This document shows positions 36,319-41,104 of a DNA stretch of 41,104 bases, one piece after another. The translations under genes and the position numbers were made by a program. How positions within the stretch are numbered: position 1 is the stretch's first letter; each line of letters opens with the position of its first letter. The notes below the pieces were generated by a model that saw only the letters and a list, made by a program, of their open reading frames with translations, searched no databases and was not told the DNA's origin. This DNA comes from Veleropilina oligotropha (taxonomy: Eukaryota): assembly GCA_048128005.1 (NCBI GenBank), contig JBEUKZ010000042.1:1-41104 (forward strand), read 5' to 3'.

Positions 36319-37772
36319 GGTTCATGCTCAGGACGTCGCAATATGAACATCGGTCTACTCTGCGGGTCAATTTTTTGCGACGTCGTGAGACTTTTCGCCT
36401 TCAGGGGATTAGCTATAACAATGGTGTAATTAGTGAGTCACGGTTACAAGGTTCAACTAATTTCACGGTGCACGGTATATTAATACTAGTAAGTGGAAAT
36501 ATAAATACAAAAATTGTAGCATTTTATATTTTATGAATTAATACCGGAGAAATAAATACAAAATAAACAGTTTTATTGCATATATAACATATAAATTAAT
36601 AATTGTAACTATGGAATTCATGCACAATAACCGTTTTCTTACACATACTACTTGAAGTTATTCAAAATGAATAAAATGAGACACAGCGTCAGCGTATTCA
36701 ATAACGTCGATTTCACTTCTTGCCAGCTTTCCCTTCAGTTCATGTAATCTAGATTCCAGCGTACGATATTTCGTCTTCTTGGTTGGTCTTTTCTGTCCTG
36801 CAGCGTACTGAATGATTTGTACTTCTGTTGTCTTTTGAACTAACCGTAGCAGATGGATAATTTCAAATATGTTGGGATGCGCTTTACGAATTAGTTTATT
36901 TATCCGACTGTGATATCCTTCGAGGTGATTGTTTGTCCTTGGACCTGTCGTCTCATAGTGGTTCTACTGTTCGAATCGGAGAAAATTTCCTTTCCAGCCA
37001 TTGGTGCGTCATGTAGTCTGATAAAGCGTCGCATCTTCGGTCCCTTGGCATCCGAGCGTGAGTGTCCAGCCATACATCCATAACCTGACAAGTATAGGTG
37101 CACAGTTAGGTTAATTTTGCTATGACTGACTTGAATATATTGATTGAAAATATTTTTATTGAGATATTCGTCGGATCATAATTATATACATTTACGTAAT
37201 ATAAAGTTTTAGTTTGAAAAGTTTCAATAATCCTTGTGAAATTAGTGCGAAGATTAAGTAACAGGACAGAGCCTATATAAAACATCTCGCCGAATAAAAA
37301 TATACAAAACAGCATCTTCAAGCACATGATAATTAGTGAAAATAAACAATTGAATCCGATTAAATAATAATTAGTAAATATAATTTTACCACAATCTGCT
37401 ACATTTATGAACACGTTACTTAGGTAATCGTAGCATTACAGAGGTAAACACTAAAAGCCGTTGGTATAAATTTGGTCATCACTTGTACGTTAGCCATATT
37501 GAAAATGATAACACTATGATCATGTTGGCCCATTATAAGCAATTATGTGAGTATTTTCACTATTAACATGGTATGTCATTAATGACATACGGTGAATGAG
37601 TGATTTTCGAATTTCACTAATATAGTGAATGTTGTTCACTTAGCGATATGTGGATTTCATCAACGGCTACCCCGATCGTTCTCCCTAATCCCTCTTACAC
37701 CATCAAACGATGCCGCCTTGCGATGTCGTGAGACTACCTGAATTTCATTTTGCGACGTCGTGTGCAGACACC
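36319..37772 (-). mobile_element. Mutator-like (MULE) deletion derivative with transposase C-terminus remnant (36658-37100)
   Basis: Imperfect ~29-bp TIR (GGTTCATGCTCAGGACGTCGCAATATGAA vs GGTGTCTGCACACGACGTCGCAAAATGAA), flanking CTTTATAT at 36311-36318 and 37773-37780; manual translation NHYETTGPRTNNHLEGYHSRINKLIRKAHPNIFEII...KYR...DAVSH. Confidence 0.8.
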
Positions 37773-38284
37773 CTTTATATGCCTAAAATATTAATCTAAA
37801 TTATTTAATGATTCCTGAGAGTGAAAGTCCAGAATATATTTCACAGGTTTCATACACCTTGGTTGCTATAAAGCACCTGAAACAACTATTCAAACACTAA
37901 ACATCTACTAGCAACATACCAGAAAGGAGAATTAAATCTAAGTAAAGCGTAAATTGATCCATGTATTAATTTCATTCATGGAAAATTATGATGACTGAGC
38001 TTATATCTGGTAAATGATACCAAAATACTTTCTTTGAACCACCCCTCTTTATCTGGTGTATGATGGAAGAAATCTCTTGGGAATACCATGTCTGATATAA
38101 CAATGTCCACATAAGTTGTTGTTGCTTGTCATTTCGATTTAAAATTCTTGCAATATTCATATTTATGAGACAGTGCTTATGTCACAAATATGTATGGAAG
38201 ACTGCAATAAATACGTGTTTAATGTATGGATACACATTATTTGATGAGAGCGAGAAAGTAATATATTTAATTGGAATCGTGGCT

Positions 38285-38500
38285 TATTGTCCTGTTTAAC
38301 GGCTATGATGCTATTGGGATATGTCCATATTATAGTGGAAGGAAAGACCAGAATATGAGGTGAAAATAACCTCTTCCACCCGATTATTTGACTGATAAAT
38401 ATGAAGAGCCTTCGACTGGTATCGAACCTACATCCTTGAATCAGCGCAATCAGTTTGAGTAGACTTGGAGAAATGCTCTACCCCACTGCATCACGGAGGC
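38285..38500 (-). mobile_element. Diverged tRNA-derived SINE
   Basis: Minus strand GCCTCCGTGATGCAGTGGGGTAGAGC...GGTTCGATACC...CTGGTCTTTCCTTCC. Confidence 0.6.
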
Positions 38501-38829
38501 GGTCAAAAAGTAAAACGCCTAACATAATTCCTTTCATATATTTCTAATTTTCAGAAGTACGTTAAAATTGTTTGAAATAATTTTCAAGCCTAAGCTAAAT
38601 TATACAACATGAATTAAAAATGTTCTTTGTGAATTTATTGAAATTTTATAATAAATGTTACAATAATTATACCGTGGGCAAACAAATTGTTATCAACAAA
38701 AGACATAACACTATATACTGTAGCAGCATGCCTGAAGATTCAGTTCAGTCAGTTGTGATTAAATGGAAACCTCAATCCCACAGCATTCCCCAAGGTAGCA
38801 ATTCACAGTTTTGTGTCAATATATCGTTG

Positions 38830-39081
38830 TTGAGTGTTTATTGTCCATCTAACACCATCTTCTGGTCATACCAGGACATGTCACTGTTATGGTGGGAGGA
38901 AAGCCCGGACAAGTATCTGGGGACCCCCCCCCCTCCCCCGCGGCCTGTTACAGACACCTGTGACTGTTAACTGCATACATTTTCTGATCAGCAGACCTGG
39001 GCGTCGAACCCGTAATCACAGAGCCAGCGCAGTCAGTATGAGTGAATTTGCGGCATGCTATCCACTCGGCCACCGGATGTC
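38830..39081 (-). mobile_element. tRNA-derived SINE with V-domain-like core
   Basis: Minus strand CCGGTGGCCGAGTGGATAGC (A-box), GGTTCGACGCC (B-box), CCGGGCTTTCCTCCCACC, GACATGTCCTG. Confidence 0.7.
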
Positions 39082-39147
39082 AGCTTGGGCATTTTCAACT
39101 GTCAAAATTAATATCTTGAAAAACAACAAAACAAAAATGAGAATGCT

Positions 39148-40353
39148 TTAGCTGTCGTACTGGATGAACTCAAAAATCAATCGGCCAAACAGATCTGCAC
39201 CTTCGTTGACATCCGAAGGTCTGCTATGGTTCGGCAAGATGAAGTTTGCAAGTACAATGAATTTTTCCGAGCAACCATGGATAGGTCGACTTTCCCCATA
39301 TGTCTGCTGACAATAAAGAATATCATTTTGATAACATTCAACCTTATAATCACGCGTACCACATGAATCGGGTACAAAAAACAAAATGTCTGGTTTCCCC
39401 CCGGGGCTCTCGACGTTCCTTTTAACTTGTATTCTGTGTTGATTCCACTGAATTACTACACGGTTAAGTTCTTCCTGAAGAACGTCCATAAAACAATACC
39501 GTATACATTCTACGTGTAATGGATCTGCATCATTAAATAGATTACATTCACGTAAATCTTTTAAAAAGGTAATCCACCAGTCCGCAGCCTGTCGACGTAA
39601 TATACTCCACCAGGCTTCAATTCTTTGGTTCGAAGTACTTTTACCATAAATGAAGCAATTCCTGTGAATTTCAGGACCACTTAGCGCATGGAAAAGTACT
39701 TGTAATTCCTCAAGTCTGGTATTCTCGGTACCTAAATCGCATCTACACACTTGTGGGCAACCTCCCAATTGCTCGACAGTGTCCAAGAAATATCGCGCGA
39801 TTATTTGTGGATTGTTATTACTTGGACCTACCTCGAGCCAGATTATCCGCCGCGAACACCCATCGATTGCGCCATGTATGGCAAATCCGAAAGGTTTCAA
39901 TTTGTCATACCCATCAATATGCCAAACAAAATTCGGCCCAGGTGAAGAATATTGACGACTTAATAACCGTCTTTTTCTTCGTCTTGTTACACCATCCGGA
40001 TCCATTATAAGCATTAGTTCCATTACTCTTTTCCGTTGGATAGCAAATCCGTATTCCGTAATCAATCTTTTCCAAACTGCTCGGTACCCTAGACATTGTC
40101 CACTGTTTTATATTATCTTAAAGATGGTGTCAATAATATCGTGCAGTGGAACATCTACTGGGCGGCGTTTTAGATTCAGTCGTCTCAAAATGCGTTTGAT
40201 TTGTGAAATGCTTATCCTTATGCTATGTACTGTCATCAAAACTTGTAAAATCTCATTGTTTGTGTAGCTTTGTCTAAAATAGATACCAATCAATTGGTCT
40301 CTTGGGATGCGGTTGTTCGCTTGTAAGGCTGGAGTGTACTCCGGCAAAACCAT
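39148..40353 (-). pseudogene. IS3EU-like DDE integrase-core transposase with N-terminal HTH (Clr5-like); one in-frame TAA at 40108-40110
   Basis: ATG at 40353 after TTTTTCAG acceptor; IYFRQSYTNNEIL...IKRILRRLNLKRR, then FKII*NSGQCLGYRAVWKRL in frame with WHIDGYDKLKPFGFAIHGAIDG.SR, RCDLGTEN, STSNQRIEAWW, WNQHRI. Confidence 0.8.
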
Positions 40354-40609
40354 TTTTCTGAAAAAGAAACAAAGTGTGTAATTAATGATTCGACGACATA
40401 TATGCATTAAATAATATATAGCTATATCATATAACGGATGTCACGCCACGCTGTCCACTCGGTCACCGGGGCGGTCTCGAGCATTTGAATTATATTTGAG
40501 ACAATGACGAGTAGCTTATGAAGGATGTAGATGGCTCACGCCGATGCCGAAATATAGCTAAAGATCCATAAAGGGATTGCGTCATCAACAACTGAAGGCT
40601 TATAGTTGA

Positions 40610-40892
<283 letters not shown>

Positions 40893-41072
40893 AGTTGAAT
40901 TTATAACCCGTTTTCTAGCATTTACCCTAATCTGTTCAAGTACAAAGTCGATTGTACCATTGGATTGGCCTGCAAATGTGTGTGGTCTAAAATATATATA
41001 ATCAACCATTGACTCGTCGACGATATCAGCCATATAAAGTCGTCATCGAAAAAACGCCAACGATATCATCAA

Positions 41073-41075
<3 letters not shown>

Positions 41076-41104
<29 letters not shown>
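41076..41104. repeat. (TA)n microsatellite to window edge
   Basis: Direct inspection. Confidence 0.95.

Overview
AT-rich eukaryotic (animal, probably marine invertebrate; inference from the repeat families) intergenic DNA made almost entirely of nested transposable elements; I see no host gene, rRNA, bona fide tRNA or CRISPR array. Left to right: a TATGG-ended DNA-transposon terminus, a LINE ORF1 scrap, a broken OTU-bearing Helitron/Helentron RepHel gene (one nonsense codon, two HINE-like insertions, inverted helicase end), an RTE scrap, a near-full CR1/L2-type ORF2 with a 2A-like N-terminal motif, CR1 and I/Nimb 3' fragments, several tRNA-derived SINEs and MITEs (Mutator-, piggyBac-, Harbinger-type), then a PIF/Harbinger cluster: an apparently intact 4.55-kb autonomous Harbinger (Myb/MADF-like gene plus DDE transposase, 21-bp perfect TIRs, TTA TSD) inserted in a Harbinger MITE whose empty duplicate lies 5 kb upstream, next to a second truncated Harbinger. 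The right end holds a Mutator deletion derivative and an IS3EU-like integrase gene with one nonsense codon. All family calls are motif recognition by eye, not database results. I found no clearly new biological system; the best leads are the intact nested Harbinger and the Helitron with atypical motifs.
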